Made by a program: the position numbers and the translations under genes. Under the pieces are notes generated by a model that saw only the letters and a program-made list of their open reading frames with translations, ran no database searches and had not been told where the DNA came from. From Eukaryota sp. TZLM1-RC (Eukaryota > Protista > Metamonada: BaSk clade), in the NCBI GenBank assembly GCA_040285825.1, contig JAUPSS010000002.1, forward strand, positions 2,852,001 to 2,916,000: a stretch of DNA of 64,000 bases, written 5' to 3'. Every line of letters begins with the position of its first letter. Positions within the stretch are counted from its first letter, which is position 1. Below are positions 1 to 13,099 of the stretch, piece by piece.

Positions 1-152
1 ATCTCATGGTAAGTTGATACGTCTTGCTTAGGAGCATTTGAGTTGGTGATTTTTGAGTCGAGACTGTTTCCCGCACACGCACTGAATAGCTGTTCCAATT
101 TCTGGCGAATCTGAATGGCCTTGGTCACAAGTTCAGGGAGTTTGGAGGGCAT
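1..152 (-). CDS. 5' part of an unknown protein (MPSKLPELVTKAIQIRQKLEQLF...) running off the window edge
   Basis: ATG at 152 on the minus strand; frame open to position 1; no recognisable motif. Confidence 0.35.
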   Translation of the reverse strand, partial: MPSKLPELVTKAIQIRQKLEQLFSACAGNSLDSKITNSNAPKQDVSTYHE

Positions 153-572
153 TACGATTTACTATGTGGAGCCAGTGTCTGGAAAATTTGAACATCAAAT
201 TAACTTTTTTCCTGCCACTTCAATTTGAAACAATTTTGTTGTAAATTTGACTTGATACCGAAAATTCAACAACTCTCAGTCACTTCCTTGTCCCTATCAT
301 ATTTGCAGAGATTGGACCTTGTTAAACCTAATTTTAGGCGAAATTAGACCGAGTTTGTTAATTCCAGTTTCTTAATCCCGATTTGTGTACTGTTTTGCAG
401 TCTACTTTTGCGTAATTACTGTCTTTTTTCTTGACGCAATTACCCTGTAAAAATGGCTTCACCTTGACAGATTGTGATTGGGATAGAAATTCGAAATTGA
501 GGATAGGTTTGTGTCCTTTTTGATTTGGTTATAATAATAAAAGTATTTGTAAATTTTCTACTAGAGCTATTT

Positions 573-1266
573 GTTCGAATTCACCTCAGCTCACATTGCG
601 ACATGCCATGAATTGTTCGAAATTGATAACTTATCGTTCTTCATTACATGATGCTGTTAGAGACACTGTTTTCAATATGGCACAAACTGCAAGGATATCG
701 TGTATCAAAGAGCCCCTGCTGAAAGAAACACTTTCTCTGAATAATTTTAGTTCTGATGATAGAGGTGATGTATACTGTGATTGGATTGATAATTCTGAAG
801 CTATTGTTGACTTTGTCTCATGTAATGTTGCAAACGATACTTTGGTTCACAGAAGAAAACTTAATCCTGTGGCTGCTCTGGATTTTAAAGCAAAAGAAAA
901 ACATAGAAAGTATGATAAACATATTGAAGTAGCTAATGCTGGTAGAAATACACAGCTAGTTTTTATTGCTTTCCCATTTTCCACAAACGGAAGATTATCA
1001 GTTGAAGCAGAAACTTTTTTGAATGACTTGCAAAAAATGGTTCAAGAAAAAACAATGAAAAGATTTGGTATTTTTTTATGGCGTTCACGGATTCAATTTT
1101 CCATTATTAATAGATTACCTCGGTTTTTCAATCGAATAAGAGAAGCTTTAGCTAGACAGCAGGCAGATCAAGATTGTGTAGAGGAAATCTTGGTTCAATG
1201 ATATTCGTCCCATTAGTTATGAATTAATTTAATTAAGTGTACATGTTCAATAAATAAATTTTTCTG
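573..1266 (+). mobile_element. 5'-truncated CRE-like non-LTR retrotransposon, family A (Zn-knuckle remnant + restriction-like endonuclease)
   Basis: ORF 596-1201 has H..NC...HD...EP...RGD...D...KEK..KY...PF...G REL motifs. Near-identical to copies at 16945, 20731, 35172 and 40858. Flanked by 14-bp direct repeat TACTAGAGCTATTT (559-572 / 1267-1280). Confidence 0.88.
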
Positions 1267-1952
1267 TACTAGAGCTATTTTTTTAACTAAAAAGAGCTGA
1301 TTTTGATCACATAGAGCATCGTGCCAAAAACTGATTATATTCGATCAACTCTTCACAGTAGCGTTCGTGATTGCTATATTGAAATCTTCCAGAGTAATTA
1401 AATCCATGTAAAACTAACCCCTTTACCTTCTTATAGATCAAAATATCGTGATCATGATGCTGTGTGGTTAAACAAAACAGAAACAGAAAAAGATAAATGT
1501 ATTTATTAAATTTCACTGGTCCTTATAAAGGCCATCACTAGTGAAGTCTAAACTGGATCAATTGTTCACAATGCAACAATCATAAATGACGAGGTTTTAT
1601 TTAAAATAATTCAATAATCAAGTCATAATCAATTCAATAATTTTGACTTGTTTTTAATGGTGCAAGTTTTGGCACAACTGCAATAGAATTTTTAGTTTCC
1701 TTTTCATAATTGTGCATAAACGGCTTTTAATAACAATTAAAACAACTTGTTAGACAAATTGATTTGTTGTTTTGGTTTTCAATTGCTTGTTCATTTATCT
1801 ATATGGACAACATTTCATAAAACAATTTAAAGACAATTTAGGTAATGATGGTATCACAAATTGATGGAGACAGATCTTTGTATGATCTTGTCTCTTGTGC
1901 TCCACTATAAGCCATCGTCTACATAACAGTATATTATTGCCCCACTCTCTGA

Positions 1953-3437
<1,485 letters not shown>

Positions 3438-3759
3438 AGGAGTGTTAATTTTCTTTTTTAGAGACCAGAGGTCTGTGACTGACTCTGTAGATATACTCTA
3501 TGTAAAACATGGAAGCAACTTTGTATAACTCTTGCTAAGGTTTACTGACCTAAAGAGCAATTTGTTCGTTGTGGCCCATTGGAAAAATAGTGTTTGTCAT
3601 GAACATTATTAAAGAGCTTCCATAATTATAAAATTTCTTACAATATATTTATCAAAATAAAGTATTTATTTTGAAATCCCAACTATACTTCAATTTGCAG
3701 ATTTATGTAGTGGGTTTTATAGTATCAATTATTACAACATATAGAAGAATACCAATTTA

Positions 3760-4518
3760 TTAAATTTCTGAAATAATTCGTTCAGATTTTCTTAAACCCT
3801 TACCAATACTTTCACCAACTTTCTCCACACACATCAAACCTGCCACCAATGCCATAACAAGAGCAAATGAAAGTGTCACTACATCTTCACTGTTCCGAAT
3901 ACCAATACCAACCAAGGCCCAAGAAAGAACGATGTAAGGAGAACGATCAAAACGCTTGGATAGAAACTTTAAAACAGCAATGAACAACAAAGGCATAACA
4001 ACAATGAGGATTCGAGTTAGTATTAGTGATGTTAGATCAACACCAACAGAGGATAGCATCATCATTCCATTGAATACAGAGACCAGAAAAACCCATGATG
4101 CATGAGTTGTGAAGGCAACATAAGTAAGGACATCTGTGCCCGTTATGATTGGTTTTTCCTGAAGATAGACATAGACACGGAGCAGGACTGCAAGATACAG
4201 CAGACTAGCAATAAAAGAGGCGATTAATTCAAGAATCACCAATAATAACCACGATATATTTAAAAAAGAGATTAAATAAAACATTCGAGCCAAAAATCCA
4301 TCTATTGCACTTACATAAAATTGTAACACAATGTATACTAGGGCCAGAGCATAAACAACAGCCCAAAAAGCAAAGGTAATGGTTGCTGGTAGAAATGGAA
4401 TACCATATTGATCAAAGACATCAGTGGTGTTATTGATCCCAAAAATGTAAACCATCACATTGGTTGTGATAACAATGAGGAACGTCAGTACGAGTCCGAT
4501 TTGAAGTTTAAGAGACAT
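3760..4518 (-). CDS. Multi-pass membrane protein, TspO/MBR-related ('tryptophan-rich sensory protein'-like)
   Basis: About 8 hydrophobic helices; family motifs F.PA..TFAFWAVVY, LNISWL, H.SWV, WALVGI. Confidence 0.65.
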   Translation of the reverse strand: MSLKLQIGLVLTFLIVITTNVMVYIFGINNTTDVFDQYGIPFLPATITFAFWAVVYALALVYIVLQFYVSAIDGFLARMFYLISFLNISWLLLVILELIASFIASLLYLAVLLRVYVYLQEKPIITGTDVLTYVAFTTHASWVFLVSVFNGMMMLSSVGVDLTSLILTRILIVVMPLLFIAVLKFLSKRFDRSPYIVLSWALVGIGIRNSEDVVTLSFALVMALVAGLMCVEKVGESIGKGLRKSERIISEI

Positions 4519-5081
4519 CGTGAGGGATGTGATAAAGTTTGAACTTTATTGAAAAAAGGATTCATTCAAGGACATCTAGTAATCAGGATACTTAGTAACA
4601 ATAGAATGCGGTGTAGTGTTGAGGAGGTACATTGACCCCGTAAAGCTTCTGAACCCCGATGAACTAAGAAGAAGTCGAGTTGCAGATAACAAGAGAGTAA
4701 ACTGGGATAAATTTAAGGTCAATTGGCGTTCCCAATTTGGAAAATCAATGTTTAATTCAAAAAAAACAGTAGCGAATGAACATGAAAGCAAGAGGACGTG
4801 TTGCATTCCAAGAGGACATAGAATACGTCTTGCACCAGGCTACGCTATTTTCAAATTTGTTACAATATAACAAATTGTTTTAAATGTATTTTGTGAAGAA
4901 AGCACATGTCGGATTGGCATTGGTGTTAATTTTCTTCAGGATTGCACTATTTTTTTCGTTTATCATAGACCAGACCATATTATGAAGCATAACAAGACTG
5001 AGTAATTACTTTATGATGTAAAGTGCAGTGTTTTTAATTCTATTGTAAAACAAACAAAAATTTATTAAATACAAAATACAA

Positions 5082-8000
5082 TCAAGATCTTGCACTGGAT
5101 CCAATCCGGTCCAAGATCTTCTTTAATGAACGCTTATTTTTGAGATGTTCTTCTGGCAAATTCTTCTGTACTTCCCAGATCTTCTGCAATCTTCTGAGAT
5201 TGGATGTGTTGTTCTCATTCCAATAGCAAAGAGAGTCAGGATCTTCCATTAATCTCAAAATTAATAACAAAGAACGCTTAACAATTCGAGAATTGTTCTT
5301 ACGATGGACAATGGCATTTTCGCATAACACATTAAACAAATCTGTTCGTGCCATTCTCTTTAATAAAGAACGATGTCTAGAAATAGCAATGAAGCAGTAG
5401 AGACACTCTTCCTTAAACTTCTGGGCAACTTGGGACTGAATGGATTGCTGCATATCACAGAGCAAGATTTCAATAGGAGCTCTGGATGTGGGCGATGTCT
5501 TGACAACAAAACGTTTACAAAAACGTTCAGAACAAGAGTCAAACAACTCTGCCAGCACCTTGACAGCTTGAATTCTTTGCGATTCGCGGTCAGATTTCAG
5601 TTTTCTAAAAGCTTGTTCAGCTCGTTTTGCCTGCTCTAGTTTATCCTGAATCAAAGTACTATTACGTAGCACCCACAAGTAAACCTTAACACTGGATTGG
5701 ACAGTCTTGAGTGCGTGGTATCTAACCTTGACTTCTTTTCGAACTAAGCGTGATCGTAAAACACTTTGAATTTGGACAACAGAGGACACACGTTTCTCAT
5801 CTCTTTGGTCAACAGCATTTTTAACTGCAACTCTATGTCTCAACACCTGCCTAATGATGCTTTGAAGGTTTGTTATGATTGCCCTTTGTTCTTGCAATCT
5901 TTTCATACAATCATTACAACGAACCAGTCTTTGCATTAAAACAATAGACTCCCTTGCTTGGAAACACATTCTCCTTGCCAAATGACCACGAACTGAAGAG
6001 GTCATCACCATTGCAGCTGTGTGTTGCTGTTTATATTTTCGGACACATTGACAACGATGAACTAAAGATTGTACGTCGATAATTGTTGAAAGAGTCTTTT
6101 TGAATTGCTTTCTGGCCAAGAATCCACGTATAAGTGATTGAAGTTTAATAACTAAATCACGTTGAATATTCAATCTTTTCATGCATATTTGACGTCTAAT
6201 CAAACTTTGAAGTTCTAAAATATTGGTCTGTGTTTCGGCAAAGTTTCTTTTACCAGCAATAGCACGAATGGTAGATTGTAAAACCCTAATTCTGTTCAAT
6301 TGATTATTAAATCTATGTACGGAGCAAGATTTTCTAATAGTATTTTGAAGAGTAATAATCGAATTATTGCAACTAGAATACTGTCTTTTGGAAAGAGAGC
6401 CACGAATGGCTGATTGAAGTTTAACAATGCTTGCATTCTGCTGATTCAAAAGTTCCCTTGCCCTTTGAGCCCTAATCAAACATTGTAAGGTAATGATTGA
6501 CGTCTTGAGTTTGTCAAATCTGTTGCTAGTCAATCCACCACGGATTAAGGCTTGAATAGCAATCAGTGAGGAGCGACTTTGTTGATAATTCCTTAAACAA
6601 AGCACGTTTACAATAGAATTTTGAACAAAAATTATTGATTCTCTGGCATTGTTAAATAATTGATTAGCAAATTTACCACGAATTGCGGACTGCAGATTCA
6701 TGATTGCAGTCCGTTTTTGTTGATATTGTCTAAGGTAAATGTTTTTTTGAATAATTGTTTGACAATTAACAATGGAGAGCTTGGTTCTGAAGTAATTTCT
6801 TCTACTTAAATAGCCATGAATTACAGATTGTAAACTTCGCAAATTCTGCTTGTCTCTCTTGAATGTGCTTTGGCAAATAAACTTACGAATATTGTTTTGA
6901 ATTAGGATAGATGATAATTTCAACTGGAAAAACCTCTTCCTTTGCAACATCATTAGAATCACCATTTGAACACTAACCACAGATTCCCTTTCTTCCACCA
7001 TCCTCTCCATACATACCCTACGACGTACCAAGCTTTGTAAAGACAAGATTGAATTCATTCTGAGAGAAGCAAGGCGTCGGGCAAGGAAGGAACGTAAAAT
7101 GGTCTGGATCTTAATTGATGAACTTTGTTGTTTCCTATAATGTTGTTTAGCAAGGTGACTTGAAACCCAGGTTTGCAGACTGATTATTACGTTTCTCTCA
7201 TCAATTAATTTTCTTTTGCTCAATGCACGTCTTATGACACATTGAAGTTTAAAAGCTTGGCTTCTTTTGTTTTCATATTCTTTTCTACAACTAGTTCCAC
7301 GAATGAAGTTCTGAAGAGAAACAATGGTTGAAAGATTATCAGTTGCCTTCTTCCCAACTAAACAACCACGAATCAAAGATTGCAGCCAGATAATGGTTTT
7401 CTTAGTTTGATTTAATCTCTTCAAACATAAATGACGACGTACCAACTGTTGAAGCAAAATCAGTGACTTCTTTGCTGAAGCATACTGCTTCTTTGCCATA
7501 TAACCACGAGCTGCTGACTGAAGTTTAATCATCAAGCTTCGTTCAAGTCTAAACCTATTGGAAAAGATTTTACCAAGAATAGCAGCTTGTACATGTGGCA
7601 TTACAGTAACCAGTTTTGAGTGGTGTTTCCTAGCCAGATAACCACGAACTATTGATTGGAGCTTTACAATGGCCTTTTTCTGTTGGTTAAAATTTCTCAT
7701 CGAACAACGACGATGAATCAATGTTAAGAAGCAAAGAACATTAGACTGAACTTTCTGGTGATGTTTTCGGGCCAAAAAACCACGAATAACCGACTGCAGA
7801 ATGATAGATGCTGATAAAGCTTTGTTGTAAGCATTGGCTTTCATTTCAGTTTTGACTATATTTTGAAGCAAAATGATGGATTTTCGCTGTTCTGCTAGCT
7901 TCTTCTGGGCAAGAACACCTCTAAAACACTTCTGAAGAACACCAACACTGGCATTCAGCTCATTAAAATCCTTTTTACAAAGAAACTTCCGAACAAGACT

Positions 8001-8831
8001 TTCTATTTTGACAGCATTACTCCTTATTTTGAAAAATTTTGTTCGAGCAAAGTGTCCATGGATCATTGATTGCAGGACAATTAACGTAGCCAAGTCATTG
8101 TCGTATCTTTTCCTTACCTTATTTGCTCGTATAATCTCTTGAAGTACACGAATAGTAAAAATGTCTTTCCTCACACCACTGCTTTTGATTATCAAAGGAA
8201 GGTATCGCAGGCAGTGTGCACTCCGTCTGTAACGTCTTCTTGCAAGAAAACCGCGAATAGATGACTGAATCAAAATGGCCGATGAAGCAAATCTTTTGTA
8301 GCTGGCAATGTCTATTCGAGGCTTAATGTTGGAGTAGTCCTGCTTTGGAGGGAAGACGATCTTCTTGGTGGGACGTCTTCTGACAACAGAGCGTGACGTG
8401 TCAATGAGCGATTTATGAACCTTTCTGACTCCACTTCCAGTGAGTCGGACAGCCAGGCCTGGAAGGAAGCAGTCCACACGCATAGCAACACTGACATCAG
8501 CTTCTCTCTTAGGAGCAAAGGTTATGGGGAAATCGACACGTTGGTTGGGTCCCACAGTGACGGAGTCAGGGCACTCGAAACCTTTGCTGGATGGAAAGAA
8601 TACTAATCTCCTTGCGAGGCAATCAGGATTGATGATTGTAAGATTCAATGTTTTGCTCTGTCCGATCGCTACTTTGTGAAAGTTGAGGAAAGCTAAGACT
8701 GCATGAGGTCTGAGTTCAAGAACTCGATTGTCAGTTAAATCGGGATCTAACACCTTTCGATGTTTGGCTGCATGAATGAACAGTCCAGTGCTACTGCTGT
8801 GTACAGGCACTGTCTGGTTGAAACCAGGCAT
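5082..8831 (-). CDS. ASPM/abnormal-spindle-like protein: ASH-type Ig domain, long IQ-repeat array, C-terminal ARM/HEAT-like region
   Basis: Dozens of IQxxxRGxxxR motifs. N-terminal LNFHKVAIGQSKTLNLTIINP..ITFAP resembles an ASH domain. Helical C-terminus. Likely start MPGFNQ at 8831; the ORF extends to 8969. Confidence 0.8.
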   Translation of the reverse strand: MPGFNQTVPVHSSSTGLFIHAAKHRKVLDPDLTDNRVLELRPHAVLAFLNFHKVAIGQSKTLNLTIINPDCLARRLVFFPSSKGFECPDSVTVGPNQRVDFPITFAPKREADVSVAMRVDCFLPGLAVRLTGSGVRKVHKSLIDTSRSVVRRRPTKKIVFPPKQDYSNIKPRIDIASYKRFASSAILIQSSIRGFLARRRYRRSAHCLRYLPLIIKSSGVRKDIFTIRVLQEIIRANKVRKRYDNDLATLIVLQSMIHGHFARTKFFKIRSNAVKIESLVRKFLCKKDFNELNASVGVLQKCFRGVLAQKKLAEQRKSIILLQNIVKTEMKANAYNKALSASIILQSVIRGFLARKHHQKVQSNVLCFLTLIHRRCSMRNFNQQKKAIVKLQSIVRGYLARKHHSKLVTVMPHVQAAILGKIFSNRFRLERSLMIKLQSAARGYMAKKQYASAKKSLILLQQLVRRHLCLKRLNQTKKTIIWLQSLIRGCLVGKKATDNLSTIVSLQNFIRGTSCRKEYENKRSQAFKLQCVIRRALSKRKLIDERNVIISLQTWVSSHLAKQHYRKQQSSSIKIQTILRSFLARRLASLRMNSILSLQSLVRRRVCMERMVEERESVVSVQMVILMMLQRKRFFQLKLSSILIQNNIRKFICQSTFKRDKQNLRSLQSVIHGYLSRRNYFRTKLSIVNCQTIIQKNIYLRQYQQKRTAIMNLQSAIRGKFANQLFNNARESIIFVQNSIVNVLCLRNYQQSRSSLIAIQALIRGGLTSNRFDKLKTSIITLQCLIRAQRARELLNQQNASIVKLQSAIRGSLSKRQYSSCNNSIITLQNTIRKSCSVHRFNNQLNRIRVLQSTIRAIAGKRNFAETQTNILELQSLIRRQICMKRLNIQRDLVIKLQSLIRGFLARKQFKKTLSTIIDVQSLVHRCQCVRKYKQQHTAAMVMTSSVRGHLARRMCFQARESIVLMQRLVRCNDCMKRLQEQRAIITNLQSIIRQVLRHRVAVKNAVDQRDEKRVSSVVQIQSVLRSRLVRKEVKVRYHALKTVQSSVKVYLWVLRNSTLIQDKLEQAKRAEQAFRKLKSDRESQRIQAVKVLAELFDSCSERFCKRFVVKTSPTSRAPIEILLCDMQQSIQSQVAQKFKEECLYCFIAISRHRSLLKRMARTDLFNVLCENAIVHRKNNSRIVKRSLLLILRLMEDPDSLCYWNENNTSNLRRLQKIWEVQKNLPEEHLKNKRSLKKILDRIGSSARS

Positions 8832-9198
8832 GTGTTGTAGGTGAATGGAGTTCAAATATTGATGAAAGGATGCAAAATACAATTTGTATCCATTTGTATT
8901 TTCTCTGATTTTAAGCGGATGTTGAAGATGGTTTCTGATGTTTTGCTTTCTCTTGGATTTCACTATCAAAGAGTTGCATCTAGTTGTTATGTTTTGGGAG
9001 AGACGTATTATTCAGATGTTGATTTATAAATTTTCTAGTAAATAAATATAATTAAAAAAAAGAATTGAATCAACCCAAAGAAATGTATGAAATACCAATG
9101 TCGGAAAGTATCCATTGTGTTGAAGTCATGACAGTGCTGTTTAATGTAAGTAATCACTTTCTAAAAAAACTCTATTTATAACACAAAAAAAGATTAAA

Positions 9199-10251
9199 TC
9201 AAGATCTATCCCGAACCTCCGCAAAAAAGGGATGTTGCATAGCTTCCTTGGCTGTGAGCCTACTTTGATGGTCATATTTCAGAAGATTATCAAGCAAATC
9301 CAGACCGTCAGGTGTCACTAAATGTTCATTCTCGCTCAACACAAAGCGATTCCAAGGTCTTCGTGCATAATTCCCGACAGCCTTCTCCAACTCACCAAGA
9401 ACAACATTGTACTTGCGGCAATAAGCACGGAGATCTTCAGAACCCAAAACCCTAACAATTTTAACAAGTTGGTCAACATTATCCCTACCTTGGAAAAAGG
9501 GCTCCTTCTTAAACATCATTCCAGCGAGCATGCAGCCAAGACTCCAAAGGTCCAGAGAGTAGTCGTAAGCTTGCATGTTGACGAGAAGTTCTGGGGCCTT
9601 GAAATAACGGGAAGCAACTCGGATATTGTAGTTCGTTCCTGCATGATAGAATTCAGCCAAACCAAAGTCAATGAGGCGAAGCTTTCGGCGATTATGGTCA
9701 ATCATTACATTATGTGGCTTGACATCACGATGCATGATACCGTTGGCATGACAGTAGTCGAGTGCCTTGAGCAGTTCAAAAAGATAGTACTTGATATCAT
9801 AAAGAGTGAATGTAGGGTAGATTGTTCTGAAATCACTGGCATCAACATGTTCAAAGATGAGGGATGGAACGCGACTTTGAGGATCACGAACATTATCTAG
9901 CAGACGAACAATGTTTACTCCTCCACGAAGATTTTGAAGGATCTTAATCTCTCTTCTGATCTTCTTTCTACGTACCTTGGATTATAACAACGAAAAGAAA
10001 CATACAGGTTTAAGGACCTTAATGACAATCTTTTCGTTTGTACGGGTATCAAATCCTTGAAAGACATCAGAGTATTTGCCGCGACCGATTTTAGAGAAGA
10101 TTTCGTAGGGATCGGTTGGAGACCATTGTATACTCATTTGTTCATAGTCCCAGTAGGATTGAGGACGCTCCGAACAAACTTCAGGATAAACTCTTGCGAT
10201 AGAAATTCCTTCAGGACGCTGATGAGGTGGTATGGGTATAGGGATACTCAT
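9199..10251 (-). CDS. CSNK2A1: Casein kinase II catalytic (alpha) subunit, 2 exons (10251-10006, 9975-9199), 340 aa
   Basis: [14 protein letters not shown]|[47 protein letters not shown]. Exons join in frame after removing a 30-nt GT-AG intron. Confidence 0.95.
9976..10005 (-). other. 30-nt spliceosomal intron in CK2-alpha
   Basis: GTATGTTTCTTTTCGTTGTTATAATCCAAG; contains an in-frame TAA; removal restores the conserved KVLKPVRRKKI. Confidence 0.92.
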
Positions 10252-10762
10252 GGGAGTAGTAGGGCAGGATCGAAGTTGAAGTGTTCAATTCAAAAATGTG
10301 AATTTGTATCGGCAGCAAAAAGATGGAGTATCAACTTCCGCCTTTGAAGAACCAGCTGACTGCAGCATATACTGGTAGAAAGACAAGAAGTTTAAAACAT
10401 CACTGTACTACACTAGATTTTAGCTTGTGTAAATACTTCCAGTAATTTGTATTCACTCTGTTACTTTTAGAGGAAAAGCAAACAGCATCGAAATGTCCAA
10501 CTTGTAAAAAATGTACTTACGTACTTGAAGGTACAGAATCCAAGGCCATGGAAAATTGATGAATTAGAGTGTTGGAGTTCATTAAGATGTCTTTTATTAG
10601 TTCTTCTAAGATAAATATTTCAACCAAAACTCACATTTCGAAGACCCAGCTTAAGGCAAACCGACTGGGTAAAAATTTAGCTGCACAAACCCAACGTTTT
10701 TAGACAATTTTTATCCTCATGAACATATTGTACTTCAACCAGACCGCTTCTAGATACAACTT

Positions 10763-10833
10763 GAGTTCGTGGTTTAGTGGTAGAATACGACGTTGCCATC
10801 GTTGTGACCCGGGTTCGATTCCCGGCGGACGCA
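10763..10833 (+). tRNA. tRNA-Gly (anticodon GCC) with an A2:G71 acceptor-stem mismatch
   Basis: Cloverleaf GAGTTCG-TGGTTTAGTGGTAGAAT-A-CGACG-TTGCCAT-CGTTG-TGAC-CCGGG-TTCGATT-CCCGG-CGGACGC-A; T5 pol III terminator follows. Confidence 0.9.
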
Positions 10834-11186
10834 AATTTTTGATCTGTGGATTCCATTTGTCAAAGAAAACTGATACTCTGAATAGTCTTCACTACTGAAA
10901 TCACCGTCATGATGTATGAACATTTGTAATCATAAATAAACGTCATTCAAACCAAGCCAGATGCTCATTATTGCAACTACTGAATTTCCTTCCTTTAAAA
11001 ACCTTGTGCCATAAAGAAGAGTTTGTTGGCAAAACCTTCAAATCAAATCAATCAGAATCAAACTGAAAGAAATCTAATTGTATCTGCTGAATACATAATA
11101 GTATAGGTTCATTATAAGACTGAACAGCATTATTAAAAACAAAATGTTTTCCTGTGATTTCAAATCAATGTTTATATCATACAGAT

Positions 11187-13028
11187 CTATTTGTTTTGAA
11201 TGTAAATAGCACCAATATAACACAAAGCTAACGCCAACCCCATCATACAAAACAGCTTAAAAACCACAAAACCACCAACTCTAGCCCTCTTTTTCCTCAT
11301 TTTAATTACCTTAATACGATCCAAATGACCTCGGAACACTGCTTGAATTCTGACAACACTGGACAATAGTTTACTATATTCGTAATGCGCCCTATTTCCT
11401 CTAATAACATTTTGTAATTCAGTCAGAGCTAACAAATCATGCTTAAGATTACACCGAGCAAGGAGAGATCTAGTTACCGCTTGTAATTGAATGACAGCTT
11501 CTCTCTTCTCTCTAAAACAATGTACCGCGAACACAGTTTTAACTGACATTTGTACACTAATCATGCTCTGATATACTTTGAAAAGATGCTCTTGTTGTAA
11601 ACGAGACAAGGCCAAACAACTAAGAGACACCAAAGAGGATTTGTTCTCAATGAATCGCATTCTCAGATAGTTACTACGAATGATTTGCTGAACTCCACAA
11701 ATTACGTTTCTCACTTCTACAAAGCTTTTTCTACATTCATAACCACGAAAAACGCTCTGAATGACAGAAGCTGATTGGCAAAGTTTCATCATTTTCATTG
11801 TGCATAATTTAGATTTTAAAAGTGTTTGAACATTCGCGATATACCTCTGGGATAAGAGAAAACGTTTTCTAATGAAACTGCATCGTACAGAACATTGAAC
11901 GGACCTCAAACTCTGAATTCTATGTTTAAATAGGTGACTTGATACATTAACTTGGATAGAGCAGATCGAATTGAGATTTTGAAGATAGCGTTTCCTGGAA
12001 AGAAAACTTTTAATGCATGACTGAATAAACACAATAAAACTCATTAACCTACTGGTTCTCTTCTTTTGATTAAACATACGAACCACAGACTGAATAATCA
12101 TGACCTTCCTTCTGAACTCACAAAACCGAACAACAGTAGAGTTTCTCCTACAATAACTCTGAATGTGGGTCAGTGTCACTAATTGAGAAGAGAATCGCTG
12201 TGTTGTGAGCATCGTTTTCAATCGAGTTTGTACTAAATTCAAGGCTTCCAACTGACTGGAATAAGCATTTTGCGTCTTGTATCTTCTATAACAAGTTTGA
12301 ACAGTAATTGTAGCCTGCCTGATAAGTGCAAATGCATCAAATTCTCTACGTCCTCTCACTAAAGATTGTATGCTCGAGGCAGCAGCAAGGGTGGATAACC
12401 AGGCTTTACGAGCCTTGATCATTCGTACATAGTTTTGAATGAATAACAATGATTCCAACATGGAAGAAGTTCCACGTATTGCCAATGTTCTACGGAAGCA
12501 GGCCTGTAGCTTAATAACAGCCAGTTTGATATTCAAAAATGTTTCTCTGGTGTTCTTGGAGTGAATCAAACCAACAAGATGGCGTAAACAGTTGAGTTCT
12601 TTCAGGAAGTGTCTTCGTTGTAGGTATCCTCTAAAGCAAGACTGCATAGTGATGGTTCTATTCTGAAGCAGTTGCAACCGTCTAACGGAGAGTTGGGTCT
12701 TGAGAGATTGTTGTATAGTGTTGATTGGGGTGGAAAATGCATGGTATTTCAAAGTGATCTGTACATTCTCGAGGAAGCAATCGAGGCGAATCGTGATATG
12801 TTCGGTGTTATCTGCAAGAGAGGGATGAAAACTGAATGGAATATTAACATGAGAGTTTGCATTGGCAAATACCCTTTGGGACCGAAACCCCTTTCCTTCA
12901 GCTAACAACATGATGCTAAAGGTTGGAAACGGATTGAAGAAAGAGATCGACTTCGAAAGACCTCTAGAAGCACATACTTCACCAACATCAAATTCAAAGT
13001 TTGTGTTGGGTGTCAACACAACAGACAT
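11187..13028 (-). CDS. Second ASH-like + IQ-repeat protein with a C-terminal transmembrane (tail-anchor) helix
   Basis: N-terminus aligns by eye with the ASH-like region of 5082-8831 (IPFSFHP..IRLDCF vs FPITFAP..MRVDCF). Many IQ motifs. Ends KMRKKRAR-VGGFVVFKLFCMMGLALALCYIGAIYI-QNK. Confidence 0.8.
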   Translation of the reverse strand: MSVVLTPNTNFEFDVGEVCASRGLSKSISFFNPFPTFSIMLLAEGKGFRSQRVFANANSHVNIPFSFHPSLADNTEHITIRLDCFLENVQITLKYHAFSTPINTIQQSLKTQLSVRRLQLLQNRTITMQSCFRGYLQRRHFLKELNCLRHLVGLIHSKNTRETFLNIKLAVIKLQACFRRTLAIRGTSSMLESLLFIQNYVRMIKARKAWLSTLAAASSIQSLVRGRREFDAFALIRQATITVQTCYRRYKTQNAYSSQLEALNLVQTRLKTMLTTQRFSSQLVTLTHIQSYCRRNSTVVRFCEFRRKVMIIQSVVRMFNQKKRTSRLMSFIVFIQSCIKSFLSRKRYLQNLNSICSIQVNVSSHLFKHRIQSLRSVQCSVRCSFIRKRFLLSQRYIANVQTLLKSKLCTMKMMKLCQSASVIQSVFRGYECRKSFVEVRNVICGVQQIIRSNYLRMRFIENKSSLVSLSCLALSRLQQEHLFKVYQSMISVQMSVKTVFAVHCFREKREAVIQLQAVTRSLLARCNLKHDLLALTELQNVIRGNRAHYEYSKLLSSVVRIQAVFRGHLDRIKVIKMRKKRARVGGFVVFKLFCMMGLALALCYIGAIYIQNK

Positions 13029-13099
13029 TGGATCAGAACGATATGGAGTTTAAACTTAAAATAGGATGTCTAGAAAAGTGACAGAGTTGACAAAATTTT

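Noticed and set aside
1514-1545. Helitron 3' end (GGTCCTT-ATA-AAGGCC hairpin + CTAG|T)
   Set aside because: The hairpin is weak, spacing is short, and there is no matching 5' end or second copy in the window.
9322-9900. Antisense and overlapping ORFs (e.g. 9322-9900, 43901-44608, 50488-51170, 2984-3289)
   Set aside because: They are shadows of well-conserved genes on the opposite strand, with no independent motifs.
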